From Novosphingobium sp. (GTDB lineage Bacteria; Pseudomonadota; Alphaproteobacteria; Sphingomonadales; Sphingomonadaceae): a stretch of DNA of 64,000 bases. This document shows positions 19,651 through 30,077 of the stretch, piece after piece. The stretch covers positions 671 to 64,670 of the forward strand of contig JANMNP010000073.1 in the NCBI GenBank assembly GCA_031374105.1, in the 5' to 3' direction. Numbering within the stretch: position 1 is the stretch's first letter; each line of letters opens with the position of its first letter. A program made the position numbers and the translations under genes. The notes under the pieces are model-generated. The model made no database searches. It worked only from the letters and a program-made list of their open reading frames with translations, and was not told the DNA's origin.

Positions 19651-20922
19651 TTGGCCCGCATCGTGATGAAATTCGGTGGCACGTCGATGGCCGGATCAGA
19701 ACGGATCCGCCGGGTTGCCAATATCGTACGCCGTCAGCAGGCCGCCGGGCACGAGGTCGCGGTGGTCGTCTCGGCGATGGCGGGTGAGACCGACCGGCTG
19801 GTGAACTTCTGCCGCGAGGCGAACCCGCTGTATGATCCGGCTGAATATGATGTGGTGGTGGCCAGCGGCGAGCAGGTCACTGCCGGGCTGCTGGCGATGA
19901 CGCTGCAGGCGCTGGGCTGTAAGGCGCGCAGCTGGCTCGGCTGGCAAATGCCAATCCACACCGACGGTGCCCATGCCAAGGCCCGGATCGGTGAGATTGA
20001 TTCCGCCGGGCTACTCGCCTCGATGGCGGGCGGCGAGATCGCGGTTATCCCGGGCTTTCAAGGGCTGACCGATGATAACCGCATCACCACGCTGGGCCGC
20101 GGCGGATCGGATACTTCGGCGGTGGCGGTGGCAGCCGCGATCAAGGCGGATCGCTGCGATATCTATACCGACGTTGACGGGGTCTATACCACCGATCCCC
20201 GGATAGTTGCCAAGGCGCGTAAATTGAAGCACGTCACCTATGAGGAAATGCTCGAGCTGGCCTCGGTCGGTTCAAAAGTGCTGCAAACCCGTTCGGTCAG
20301 CCTGGCGATGAAGGAGGGCGTGCGGATCCAGGTATTGTCGAGCTTCATCGACGACGATGCGACGCCCGCAGACGAAATACCCGGCACGATGATCGTCTCG
20401 GACGAGGAACTTGCCAAAATTCAAGAGGGTCACGAAATGGAAAGCCAGCTGATCACCGGAATTGCCGCCGACAAGAATGAGGCCAAGGTCATCCTGACCC
20501 GCGTGCCGGACCGCCCCGGCGCGGTGGCGCATATCTTCGGGCCGCTGGCCAGTGCCAATATCAACGTAGATATGATTATCCAGAACGTCGGCCGCGACAA
20601 GGGTGAGACCGACGTAACCTTCACCGTCCCCGCCGCCGATCTGCTCCGCGCGCAAACCCTGCTTGAGGCGCAAAAGGGCGAAATCGGCTACAACCGGATC
20701 ATCACCGACAGCAAGATCGCCAAGATCAGCGTGGTCGGCGTCGGCATGAAAAGCCACGCCGGGGTCGCCGCCACCATGTTCAAGGCGATGGCCGACCGGG
20801 GCATTAACATCCAGGCGATCTCTACCTCGGAGATCAAGGTCAGCGTGCTGATCGATGAGGATGAGACCGAGCTGGCGGTGCGGGTTCTGCATACGGCCTA
20901 TGGGCTGGATGCGGGGGATTAA
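19651..20922 (+). CDS. lysC: aspartate kinase
   Basis: The motifs ARIVMKFGGTSMAG, VVVSAMAGETDRL and GRGGSDTSAVAVAAA are present, plus two C-terminal ACT domains. The TTG start at 19651 has an alternative, GTG 19663. Confidence 0.95.
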   Translation: MARIVMKFGGTSMAGSERIRRVANIVRRQQAAGHEVAVVVSAMAGETDRLVNFCREANPLYDPAEYDVVVASGEQVTAGLLAMTLQALGCKARSWLGWQMPIHTDGAHAKARIGEIDSAGLLASMAGGEIAVIPGFQGLTDDNRITTLGRGGSDTSAVAVAAAIKADRCDIYTDVDGVYTTDPRIVAKARKLKHVTYEEMLELASVGSKVLQTRSVSLAMKEGVRIQVLSSFIDDDATPADEIPGTMIVSDEELAKIQEGHEMESQLITGIAADKNEAKVILTRVPDRPGAVAHIFGPLASANINVDMIIQNVGRDKGETDVTFTVPAADLLRAQTLLEAQKGEIGYNRIITDSKIAKISVVGVGMKSHAGVAATMFKAMADRGINIQAISTSEIKVSVLIDEDETELAVRVLHTAYGLDAGD

Positions 20923-20967
20923 GAGGCTGGTGATGCGCTTCACTGTTGATTCTGCGGGCGCTTAGCG

Positions 20968-21138
20968 ATGGCTAAGATGGTTCGCAAAGGTGATTTGCCG
21001 GGCAAAATCTGCATGGCCTGCAACCGGCCGTTTGCATGGCGCAAAAAATGGGCGCGCGACTGGGATCAGGTCAAATACTGCTCGGACCGCTGCCGATCAG
21101 GCAAGGGCGGAGAGAAAAGCCTCGGCATCACGGGTTAG
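20968..21138 (+). CDS. DUF2256-like small zinc-ribbon protein (56 aa; absent from the supplied ORF track)
   Basis: My own translation is MAKMVRKGDLPGKICMACNRPFAWRKKWARDWDQVKYCSDRCRSGKGGEKSLGITG. The C-x2-C ... C-x3-C pattern and the RPFxWRKKW...V.YCS..CR pattern match DUF2256 as I remember it. Its last 42 nt overlap the 3' end of the convergent photolyase gene. Confidence 0.75.
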   Translation: MAKMVRKGDLPGKICMACNRPFAWRKKWARDWDQVKYCSDRCRSGKGGEKSLGITG

Positions 21139-22608
21139 TTGCGCCTGCTTGTCTGCGCTGAAGCGGTCCCAGTTGCGGACCATTTGCGCCATGCGCGGAT
21201 TGCGCGAGAGGCGCGCTTTGTGGCGGGCGATGAAGTGCCAGTAGAGCAGGTTGAACGGGCAGGCATTGGGGCCTTCTTTGGCTTTCACATCATAGGCGCA
21301 ATCGCCGCAATAATCGCTCATCCGGTGGATATAGGCGCCACTGGCAGCATAGGGCTTGCTGGCCAGCAGGCCGCCATCGGCAAACTGGCTCATCCCGATC
21401 GTGTTGGGCAGTTCCACCCATTCATAGGCATCGGCATAGACCGCCAGATACCATTCATGCAGTTCACGCGGATCGATCCCTGCCAGCAGCGCGAAATTGC
21501 CCGTTACCATCAGGCGCTGGATGTGATGGGCATAGGCCTCTTCGCGGGTCTGGGTGATGCAGGCGCGCAGGCAGGCCATCGGCGTCTCTGCGCTCCAGTA
21601 GAATTCGGGCAGCGGGCGGTGGGCGTCCAGTTCATTGCTGGCATCATAGCCGGGCATCCGCCACCAATAGAAGCCGCGCATAAACTCGCGCCAGCCGATC
21701 ACCTGGCGGATGAAGCCTTCGGCGCTGTTGAGCGGCACCCGGCCCGCCGCCCATTCCGCCTCGACCGCGCGGCACATCGCCAGCGGATCGAGCAGCCCGG
21801 CATTGAGATAGGTTGATACCACTGCATGGCACAGAAACTTGTGGCCGCGCAGCATCGCATCCTGATAGCTGCCAAAGTCAGGCAGACCAACTTTCAGGAA
21901 ATGGGCAAACGCGGCCTCCGCTTCTGCCCGCGTCGTCGCAAACCAGAACGGCTCAAGATCGCCGAAGTGATCGCTGAACCGGCTGGCGACCAACTCCAGC
22001 ACTTCGCTGGTGATCGCATCGGGCGCAAACCGCAACGGCTGGGGCATCGCCGGCCCGCCTGTCGCTGGCTTGCGGTTGTCTGCATCGAAGTTCCATTGGC
22101 CGCCGGCCGGCTGATCGCCCTCCATCAGCAGCCCGGTCTTGCGCCGCATCAGCCGATAGAAATGCTCCATACGAACGCTTTTGCGCTCCTGCGCCCATCG
22201 GGCAAAGCCATGACGATCAGCCAGATAGCGATCATCGGGTAGCAGCTCGGTGGCGTTCCAGCCTTGCATTGCCTCCAGCAGCCGCCATTCGCCGGGTTCG
22301 GTGATCAGCGTCTGGTGCAAGCCATGCCGCGCAAGCGCGCGCTGCACCTCGCCCTCCAGCGTCCCGCTGTTGTCCGGATCATCAAGCCGCACATAATCGA
22401 CCTGCCAGCCCGCCTGCCGCAATTCCTCGGCAAAATGGCGCATGGCCGAAAAGACAAAGGCGATCTTTTTCTGATGGTGGCGGACATAGCTCGCCTCGGC
22501 CATCACCTCGGCCAGCAGCACCACATCGCTCGCCCGATTACCGGCCCGAAGCGCCGACAGGTTCGGTGACAATTGATCGCCGAGGACCAGAATGAGGCGC
22601 GGGGACAT
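21097..22608 (-). CDS. FeS-cluster bacterial cryptochrome/photolyase (FeS-BCP; PhrB/CryB-like, probable (6-4) photolyase)
   Basis: 503 aa. The N-terminus LILVLGDQLS...YVRHHQKKIAFVFSAMRHFA is typical of 'deoxyribodipyrimidine photolyase-related protein'. Cys residues in MACLRAC and CGDCAYDVKAKEGPNAC show the C-x2-C-x12-C spacing of the PhrB [4Fe-4S] ligands. Confidence 0.9.
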   Translation of the reverse strand: MSPRLILVLGDQLSPNLSALRAGNRASDVVLLAEVMAEASYVRHHQKKIAFVFSAMRHFAEELRQAGWQVDYVRLDDPDNSGTLEGEVQRALARHGLHQTLITEPGEWRLLEAMQGWNATELLPDDRYLADRHGFARWAQERKSVRMEHFYRLMRRKTGLLMEGDQPAGGQWNFDADNRKPATGGPAMPQPLRFAPDAITSEVLELVASRFSDHFGDLEPFWFATTRAEAEAAFAHFLKVGLPDFGSYQDAMLRGHKFLCHAVVSTYLNAGLLDPLAMCRAVEAEWAAGRVPLNSAEGFIRQVIGWREFMRGFYWWRMPGYDASNELDAHRPLPEFYWSAETPMACLRACITQTREEAYAHHIQRLMVTGNFALLAGIDPRELHEWYLAVYADAYEWVELPNTIGMSQFADGGLLASKPYAASGAYIHRMSDYCGDCAYDVKAKEGPNACPFNLLYWHFIARHKARLSRNPRMAQMVRNWDRFSADKQAQLTRDAEAFLSALA

Positions 22609-22627
22609 GAGCTACGCCTTCTTCAAT

Positions 22628-22671
22628 GGCCAATTTCGGTGCAATTTCGGTGACATGCAATTTCGGTGACA
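22628..22671. promoter_or_regulatory. tandem direct repeats TGCAATTTCGGTGACA x2 plus a partial third copy, upstream of the photolyase gene
   Basis: Perfect 16-mers occupy 22640-22655 and 22656-22671, preceded by the partial copy GGCCAATTTCGG (22628-22639). They lie 20-63 nt upstream of the photolyase start codon at 22608. Confidence 0.6.
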
Positions 22672-22854
22672 GGTGCAATAACCTCTCAACTCCATCGCTT
22701 CTCTCCCGGCTACAGCATGACAAGCTGTCAGAATGAACGCAAATTGCAAAAACATCGATGATGATTAATCAAGGGGTTATTGCACGCGTCAGCGAAATTC
22801 CTGTGCAGCGCGGCGGCGGTTAGGGGTTCTTCACCTATCACCGCAACACCAGTA

Positions 22855-23154
22855 TCAGGGCCGCTTAACGGGCCACATTGTTACTCTTTCGGTATCGCCG
22901 ATCAGCATGCTTCCAGACTGCGTGGGGGTCGAGCTGTTGTCCTTGTAAAGATGTCCATGATTGCGAAACTCGGCTAACAGGGCTTCGTGATCAGCGCGCA
23001 GTTTGGTGAGTTGTTGCTCAAGCATTTGTGTGCGGTCCTGTGCGGGAGTCAAGACCGGCATTGAACGTATCATTGGCGGCGTTGCTATCTGGGCATAGCC
23101 AACCATCGGAACGACAAATAACGCAGCGCAGAGCGCGGGTTTCCAAAGTTGCAT
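22855..23154 (-). CDS. small exported protein, unknown function
   Basis: The start is at ATG 23154, preceded by GGAGAG. The signal peptide is MQLWKPALCAALFVVPMVGYAQ and a heptad-like segment (QMLEQQLTKLRADHEALLAEF) follows. The ORF-track 240-aa version extends spuriously into katG. Confidence 0.5.
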   Translation of the reverse strand: MQLWKPALCAALFVVPMVGYAQIATPPMIRSMPVLTPAQDRTQMLEQQLTKLRADHEALLAEFRNHGHLYKDNSSTPTQSGSMLIGDTERVTMWPVKRP

Positions 23155-23260
23155 TTTTCTCTCCTGTTTAGGTCCTGACCCTAACGCACGCAGAAATGTA
23201 ACATCGGCTTGCACTAGCCCGAAGCGATATTGCGGTAAAATCTGACCCACCCATTCGCGC

Positions 23261-23310
23261 TGCGATCCGTTCCGGGGACACGCAATAGCATGTCCCCGGA
23301 ACGGATCGCA
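23261..23310. repeat. perfect 20-bp inverted repeat with 10-nt spacer
   Basis: TGCGATCCGTTCCGGGGACA (23261-23280), cgcaatagca, TGTCCCCGGAACGGATCGCA (23291-23310). The arms are exact reverse complements. Confidence 0.85.
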
Positions 23311-23325
23311 CCCCCCTCCCCAATT

Positions 23326-23363
23326 AAAAACCCCGCCCCCGGTATTTACCGGAAGCGGGGCTT
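23326..23363 (-). terminator. rho-independent terminator of katG
   Basis: The minus strand reads CCCCGC-ttccggtaaataccgggg-GCGGGG followed by TTTTT, about 55 nt downstream of the katG stop. Confidence 0.7.
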
Positions 23364-23417
23364 TGCCCGGACGGGCTGGCGGGGGGTCGATCAGCCAGTC
23401 CGGGTGTGGGGTCTGGT

Positions 23418-25643
<2,226 letters not shown>

Positions 25644-25782
25644 CTAGCTCAAGGCGAATGGCCTCGGAAGCCGATTAATATCGTCACACTGATCGTTATG
25701 GCCGATTAGTCGCCTGCCTTGCCCCCCCGCATCAGTCCGCCTAAAGCGCCTCAACCGCAACCGCATTGATCCCGGACAAATC

Positions 25783-26793
25783 ATGACAGCTTTTCCCCTG
25801 ACCTCCCATCTGATGCAGCGCGGGACCGAGTTTCTCGGCAGTGAGTATGCGATCATGTGCGGGGCGATGTCTTGGGTGTCGGAACGCAATCTGGTGTCCG
25901 CGATCAGCAATGCGGGGGGGTTTGGGGTGATTGCATGCGGGGCGATGACGCCGCAGCTGCTCGATACGGAGATCGCCGCCACCAAGGCGCTGGCGAACAA
26001 GCCGTTCGGCGTCAATCTGATCACCATGCACCCTCAGCTGTTCGATCTGATCGACGTTTGTGTGGCGCATGGCGTCAGCCATGTTGTGCTGGCAGGTGGT
26101 ATCCCGCCCAAGGGCAGCGTTGAGGCGATCAAGTCCAAAGGCGCGAAAGTCATCTGCTTTGCGCCTACGCTGGCGCTGGCCAAGAAGCTGATCCGCTCGG
26201 GCGCGGATGCGATCGTTATCGAGGGGATGGAGGCAGGCGGCCATATCGGCCCGGTTTCCACTTCGGTGCTGGCGCAGGAAATTCTTCCCGCCTTGGCCGA
26301 TGAGGCGCTGGTGTTCGTCGCCGGCGGGATCGGCCGGGGCGAGCTGGTGGCAGGCTATCTGGAAATGGGCGCGGTCGGCGTCCAGCTGGGCACGCGGTTT
26401 GCCTGCGCGACCGAGAGCATCGCCCATCCGGCCTTCAAGAAGGCCTTCTTCCGCGCCAATGCCCGCGATGCCATCACCAGCGTGCAGGTTGACCCGCGGC
26501 TGCCGGTGATCCCGGTCCGCGCGCTCAAGAACAAGGGCACTGAGGAATTTACCGCCAAGCAGATCGAAGTGGCCAAGCTGCTCGATGCTGGCGAAGTCGA
26601 TATGCTTGAGGCGCAGCTTCAGATCGAGCATTTCTGGGCCGGAGCCTTGCGCCGCGCGGTGATCGATGGCGATGTTGAAAGCGGCTCGGTAATGGCCGGG
26701 CAGTCAGTCGGCATGGTGACCAAAGAGGAACCCGTCGCCGATATCATCGCGCAGCTGATGGCGGAAAGCGAAGCGGCGCTGGCGCGGCGCTGA
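25783..26793 (+). CDS. nitronate monooxygenase / NAD(P)H-dependent flavin oxidoreductase family (FabK-like)
   Basis: The motifs MSWVSERNLVSAISNAGGFGVI, FGVNLI, IEGMEAGGHIG and FVAGGIGRGE are typical of the NMO/2-nitropropane dioxygenase TIM barrel. Confidence 0.88.
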   Translation: MTAFPLTSHLMQRGTEFLGSEYAIMCGAMSWVSERNLVSAISNAGGFGVIACGAMTPQLLDTEIAATKALANKPFGVNLITMHPQLFDLIDVCVAHGVSHVVLAGGIPPKGSVEAIKSKGAKVICFAPTLALAKKLIRSGADAIVIEGMEAGGHIGPVSTSVLAQEILPALADEALVFVAGGIGRGELVAGYLEMGAVGVQLGTRFACATESIAHPAFKKAFFRANARDAITSVQVDPRLPVIPVRALKNKGTEEFTAKQIEVAKLLDAGEVDMLEAQLQIEHFWAGALRRAVIDGDVESGSVMAGQSVGMVTKEEPVADIIAQLMAESEAALARR

Positions 26794-26823
26794 TCAGGCT
26801 GACTTGCGCGACCAAAACGCCCC

Positions 26824-27303
26824 TTGCATAAGCAGGCAATGGAAACTGATGACAGCCTGACCGCGCTTGACCCGGCTTATTGCAAAGTGCTTCGGATCAG
26901 CGCTGGTGTGCAGGCGCTGGTGCTGCTGGTGATCGCCGGGTTTTTGGAATCGCTACCACCGCCGCCCGGATCGTTTCTGATCCCGGTGGCGCTGCTGGCG
27001 ATCTGGCTGGTGGCGATCGCCCCGGCACGGCGCTTTAGCCGCTGGGGTTATCGGCTTGACGGGGATCTGCTGCGGATTACGCGGGGCTATCTGTTCTATC
27101 GTGATACGGTGGTGCCGCTGGGGCGAATCCAGCATATTGATGTCCAGCAGGGTCCGCTGATGCGACGCTATGATCTTGCCACCTTAACGGTCCACACGGC
27201 GGGCAATCTCAATGCCGGGGTAGACCTGCCGGGCTTGCGCCATGACGACGCGCTGGCGATGCGCGAGACGATCCGCCAGCATATCAAGCAGGCCCAGCCT
27301 TGA
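26824..27303 (+). CDS. membrane-anchored bacterial PH-domain (bPH2) protein, YdbS-like
   Basis: Two TM helices are followed by RFSRWGYRLDGDLLRITRGYLFYRDTVVPLGRIQHIDVQQGPLMRRYDLATLTVHTAG, the bPH2 pattern. An alternative ATG start lies at 26839. The stop overlaps the next gene. Confidence 0.8.
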   Translation: MHKQAMETDDSLTALDPAYCKVLRISAGVQALVLLVIAGFLESLPPPPGSFLIPVALLAIWLVAIAPARRFSRWGYRLDGDLLRITRGYLFYRDTVVPLGRIQHIDVQQGPLMRRYDLATLTVHTAGNLNAGVDLPGLRHDDALAMRETIRQHIKQAQP

Positions 27304-28811
27304 GCGACAGCGCGGCAGGACCAGCGGCACCGCAACCGGCGGGCCAGCGGCTGCACCCGGCCGGATTGCTAGTGGGTTTTGTCACCAATCTGCCGCAGCT
27401 GTTTGTCCCGATAGCTGCTGTGGTGCTGGGGGGTGACAGTATTTCCAATGCTACCCCGCTGCTTGTGGCAGCGATTCTGGGCGGAAGTTTTCTGCTGCGC
27501 TGGCTTAGCTGGCTGCGGTTTCGGTATTTTATTGGCGAGGATGATGTCCGGATTGAGCGCGGTATCTTCAGCCGCAATGCGCGATCGATCCCCTATGACC
27601 GGATCGCTGACATCAGTGTTGAGCAAAAGCCGCTGGCCCGGCTGTTCGCTCTGGGTGAAGTCAAGATCGAAACCGGCGGCGGCAAGGGCGAGGATGCCTC
27701 GCTCAGCTTCGTTTCGCTTGCCGAGGCAGAGCGGCTGCGCGAAACCGTCCGCGCTCGCAAGGCGGCGGATGGATCGCCTGATCCTGCCGTGTCGCCTGAA
27801 GAATCTGCCGCCGCGCCGATTTTCGCGATGGATACTCGCCGCCTGCTGACTCTTGGATTTTATTCCTTCAGTCTGGTGATCTTCGCGGTGCTGGCCGGCG
27901 CGGCGCAGCAGTTTGATTTCCTGTTGCCGTTTGACCCGTGGGATCTGGGCAGATGGATCGGGCTGGCCCAAGATCAGGGCATGGTCATCACCCAGATCGC
28001 TCGCTCCAGCCAGCTGTGGGGCGCGGTGCTTGGTCTGGTGGGCTTGATCCTGATCGGCTTTGCCACCGGGATCGGGCGAACCGTTTTGACCGAATATGGG
28101 TTCCGGCTGGATCGCACTGCCAAGGGCTTTCGCCGCCGCCGCGGGCTGCTTACCCTCACCGATGTGGTCATTCCGACCCAGCGGGTGCAGGCCGCGCAGA
28201 TCGGCACCGGACCAATCCGGCTGCGGCGCGGGTGGCATTGGCTGAAATTCGTCAGCCTGGCCAGCGAGGGCAAGCGCGATAGCCATCACATGATCGCCCC
28301 GCTGGCCAGGTTGACCGAAATCTGGCCGATCATCGCGGAGGCCGGCCTGCACCAACCCGGCGCAGAATTGCAGTTCGAGGCGGCAAGTCCGGGGCCTTGG
28401 ATCGATGCCTGGCTGATCGAGCTGCTATTGCTGGCCGCCGGTCTTGGCATTGCTGCGTATTTTATCGGTCCATTGGTCTGGTGGGGGCTGCTGCTGGCGC
28501 CACTTCGCGCCTTGGCAGGCTGGTTCAGCTGGCGTCACCACGCCCATGCAACCGATCAGCGCCAGCTCTACGCCCGCCATGGCTGGTGGAACCGGCAGAT
28601 GGAGATTGCCCGGCAGCTCAATGTCCAGTCGGTCAGCATCTCGCAAGGCCCGCTGTTGAGGCTCCGAGGTCTGGCCGCAATCGAATTTGGCATTGCTGGC
28701 GGCAAGCTGTCGTTTCAGGCCTTGCCACTTGCCGCTGCACAGGCGATCCGTGATCAGGTGCTGGCGATAGCCGGACCAGTGGATTATTCGCAGTTGGGCG
28801 GGGCGGGCTGA
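27300..28811 (+). CDS. membrane protein with three bPH2 repeats, YdbT-like
   Basis: 503 aa with three repeated units of the form 'RY.....l.i..G...r....ip..riq.v...q....r..gl..v'. They are separated by TM pairs and the gene is translationally coupled to the YdbS-like gene. Confidence 0.8.
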   Translation: MSDSAAGPAAPQPAGQRLHPAGLLVGFVTNLPQLFVPIAAVVLGGDSISNATPLLVAAILGGSFLLRWLSWLRFRYFIGEDDVRIERGIFSRNARSIPYDRIADISVEQKPLARLFALGEVKIETGGGKGEDASLSFVSLAEAERLRETVRARKAADGSPDPAVSPEESAAAPIFAMDTRRLLTLGFYSFSLVIFAVLAGAAQQFDFLLPFDPWDLGRWIGLAQDQGMVITQIARSSQLWGAVLGLVGLILIGFATGIGRTVLTEYGFRLDRTAKGFRRRRGLLTLTDVVIPTQRVQAAQIGTGPIRLRRGWHWLKFVSLASEGKRDSHHMIAPLARLTEIWPIIAEAGLHQPGAELQFEAASPGPWIDAWLIELLLLAAGLGIAAYFIGPLVWWGLLLAPLRALAGWFSWRHHAHATDQRQLYARHGWWNRQMEIARQLNVQSVSISQGPLLRLRGLAAIEFGIAGGKLSFQALPLAAAQAIRDQVLAIAGPVDYSQLGGAG

Positions 28812-28872
28812 TCAAAGCTGACACAGATGATGAGGCCGCACTTTCATGCCGCTAAAGTTCAGGAGATCGGCG

Positions 28873-29274
28873 ATGCAGGTCAACGCCCTTGATCATGTCA
28901 ACATTATCACTGACCAGCTGGATCAGACGGCCGATTTCTATGCCCGGCTGCTCGATCTTGAACGCCGCGACGGACCGCCGCCGCTGCCGCCGCATCAGGT
29001 GCAGTGGATGTATGACGCCAGCGGCCGGGCAATTCTCCATCTCAACTCAGTCGATTGTCCGCGCGCGTTCGATCGCTCTGTCGAGCCCGGCGCGCTGACC
29101 GGGGCTATCCATCATGTGGCGCTCAATTGCTCGGGCTTTGACGAGGTCACACGGCGGCTTGAGGCGCTTGGTGCAGAGTTCCGGTTCAATCTGATCGAAT
29201 CGATCGGCCTGCGGCAGATTTTCACACCCGATCCAAACAACGTGCTGCTGGAGCTCAACTTCTGGGGTGACTGA
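28873..29274 (+). CDS. VOC (glyoxalase/bleomycin-resistance/dioxygenase) family protein
   Basis: MQVNALDHVNIITDQLDQTADFYARLLDL...HHVALNC...DPNNVLLELNF is the VOC fold pattern. ATG 28873 has AGGAG 7 nt upstream, so I prefer it to the ORF-track start at 28846. Confidence 0.8.
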   Translation: MQVNALDHVNIITDQLDQTADFYARLLDLERRDGPPPLPPHQVQWMYDASGRAILHLNSVDCPRAFDRSVEPGALTGAIHHVALNCSGFDEVTRRLEALGAEFRFNLIESIGLRQIFTPDPNNVLLELNFWGD

Positions 29275-29292
29275 TACCAAGTCTCGGTGAGG

Positions 29293-29474
29293 TTGACTCA
29301 CTTCCCTCTTCTCCGTCGAGGAAGGGGGGCCTCTTCCCCGTCGGGGAAGGCGGGTGGACTCACTGCTCCCTTCCCCGTCAGGGAAGGGTTGGGGATGGGG
29401 GTACAAGGTCGAGGGCGTGCGCGTCGATGCGGCTGTAGAGCCCCCACCCCTAACCCCTCCCCGACGGGGAGGGG
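29293..29474. repeat. cluster of REP-like GC-hairpins
   Basis: Three hairpins are present: CTTCCCC-gtc-GGGGAAG (29333-29349), CCCTTCCC-cgtca-GGGAAGGG (29368-29388) and CCCCTCCCC-gac-GGGGAGGGG (29454-29474). Two diverged tandem units start G(T/G)GACTCACT (29293, 29354). The cluster fills the gap between convergent genes. Confidence 0.8.
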
Positions 29475-29511
29475 GATTCGATCGGTTCCAATAATTGATA
29501 TCTGGTATGAG

Positions 29512-29973
29512 TTACCTGCCCGCCGCGATGAACCCGGCCCAGAGCCCCGCTGCGGGATTGTCCGATGTATCCGGTGCCCACTGCTGTTCCATCAGCGCGC
29601 GGGCGTCCGCCTCGGCCATCCCACGCGCCAGATGGTAGCGATAGAAGAACGCTGAAACCCGCCAGTTCATTATGCAATGGACGTGGACCGGGCCTTGGGC
29701 GGCCTCCATCGCGGCGCAAAAGGTGGTGAAGTGAGCGTCATCCGGGGCATCAAACGGCACCGGGATATGCGTATAGGCGATGCCGTGGGCCGCCAGTCTT
29801 TCCGCCTCGCCCGCCAGCGCCTGGGGGTGATTGTCCAGCGCCAGATTGATCACATTGCGCACGCCGATTGCGGCCAGCCGGGCCGGGTCATTGTCATCCA
29901 GCTTTCCAGAGGTGGTGACATCCGCACTCAGCCGTTGCCAGGCGCGTATGTCAGAGGGATCGCTTCTCGCCAA
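29512..29973 (-). CDS. protein-tyrosine/dual-specificity phosphatase-like protein (DUF442-like)
   Basis: 153 aa with a C-x5-R(S) P-loop, HVHCIMNWRVS. The region GVRNVINLA...IAYTHIPV resembles the small PTP-like DUF442 family. Confidence 0.7.
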   Translation of the reverse strand: MARSDPSDIRAWQRLSADVTTSGKLDDNDPARLAAIGVRNVINLALDNHPQALAGEAERLAAHGIAYTHIPVPFDAPDDAHFTTFCAAMEAAQGPVHVHCIMNWRVSAFFYRYHLARGMAEADARALMEQQWAPDTSDNPAAGLWAGFIAAGR

Positions 29974-30077
29974 AATTCAAAATCCTCGTTTGCGCGCTTG
30001 ATGGCATTGAGCCGGATCGCTTCAATCGGTTCAGGTCTGAACTGGCTCGACCACGCAGCGATGTTGTTCGGCAAGCC

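Noticed and set aside
29287-29655. ORFs translating the repeat elements. Examples are 29287-29655, 16343-16768, 48318-48605, 48437-48625, 48488-48751, 48510-48770, 51312-51626, 51464-51766, 51517-51807 and 31827-32390. They contain peptides such as [32 protein letters not shown] and FRGDD.
   Set aside because: These peptide motifs are simply six-frame translations of the palindromic repeat DNA. They appear on both strands and in several frames at every copy, so they are not protein-coding evidence.
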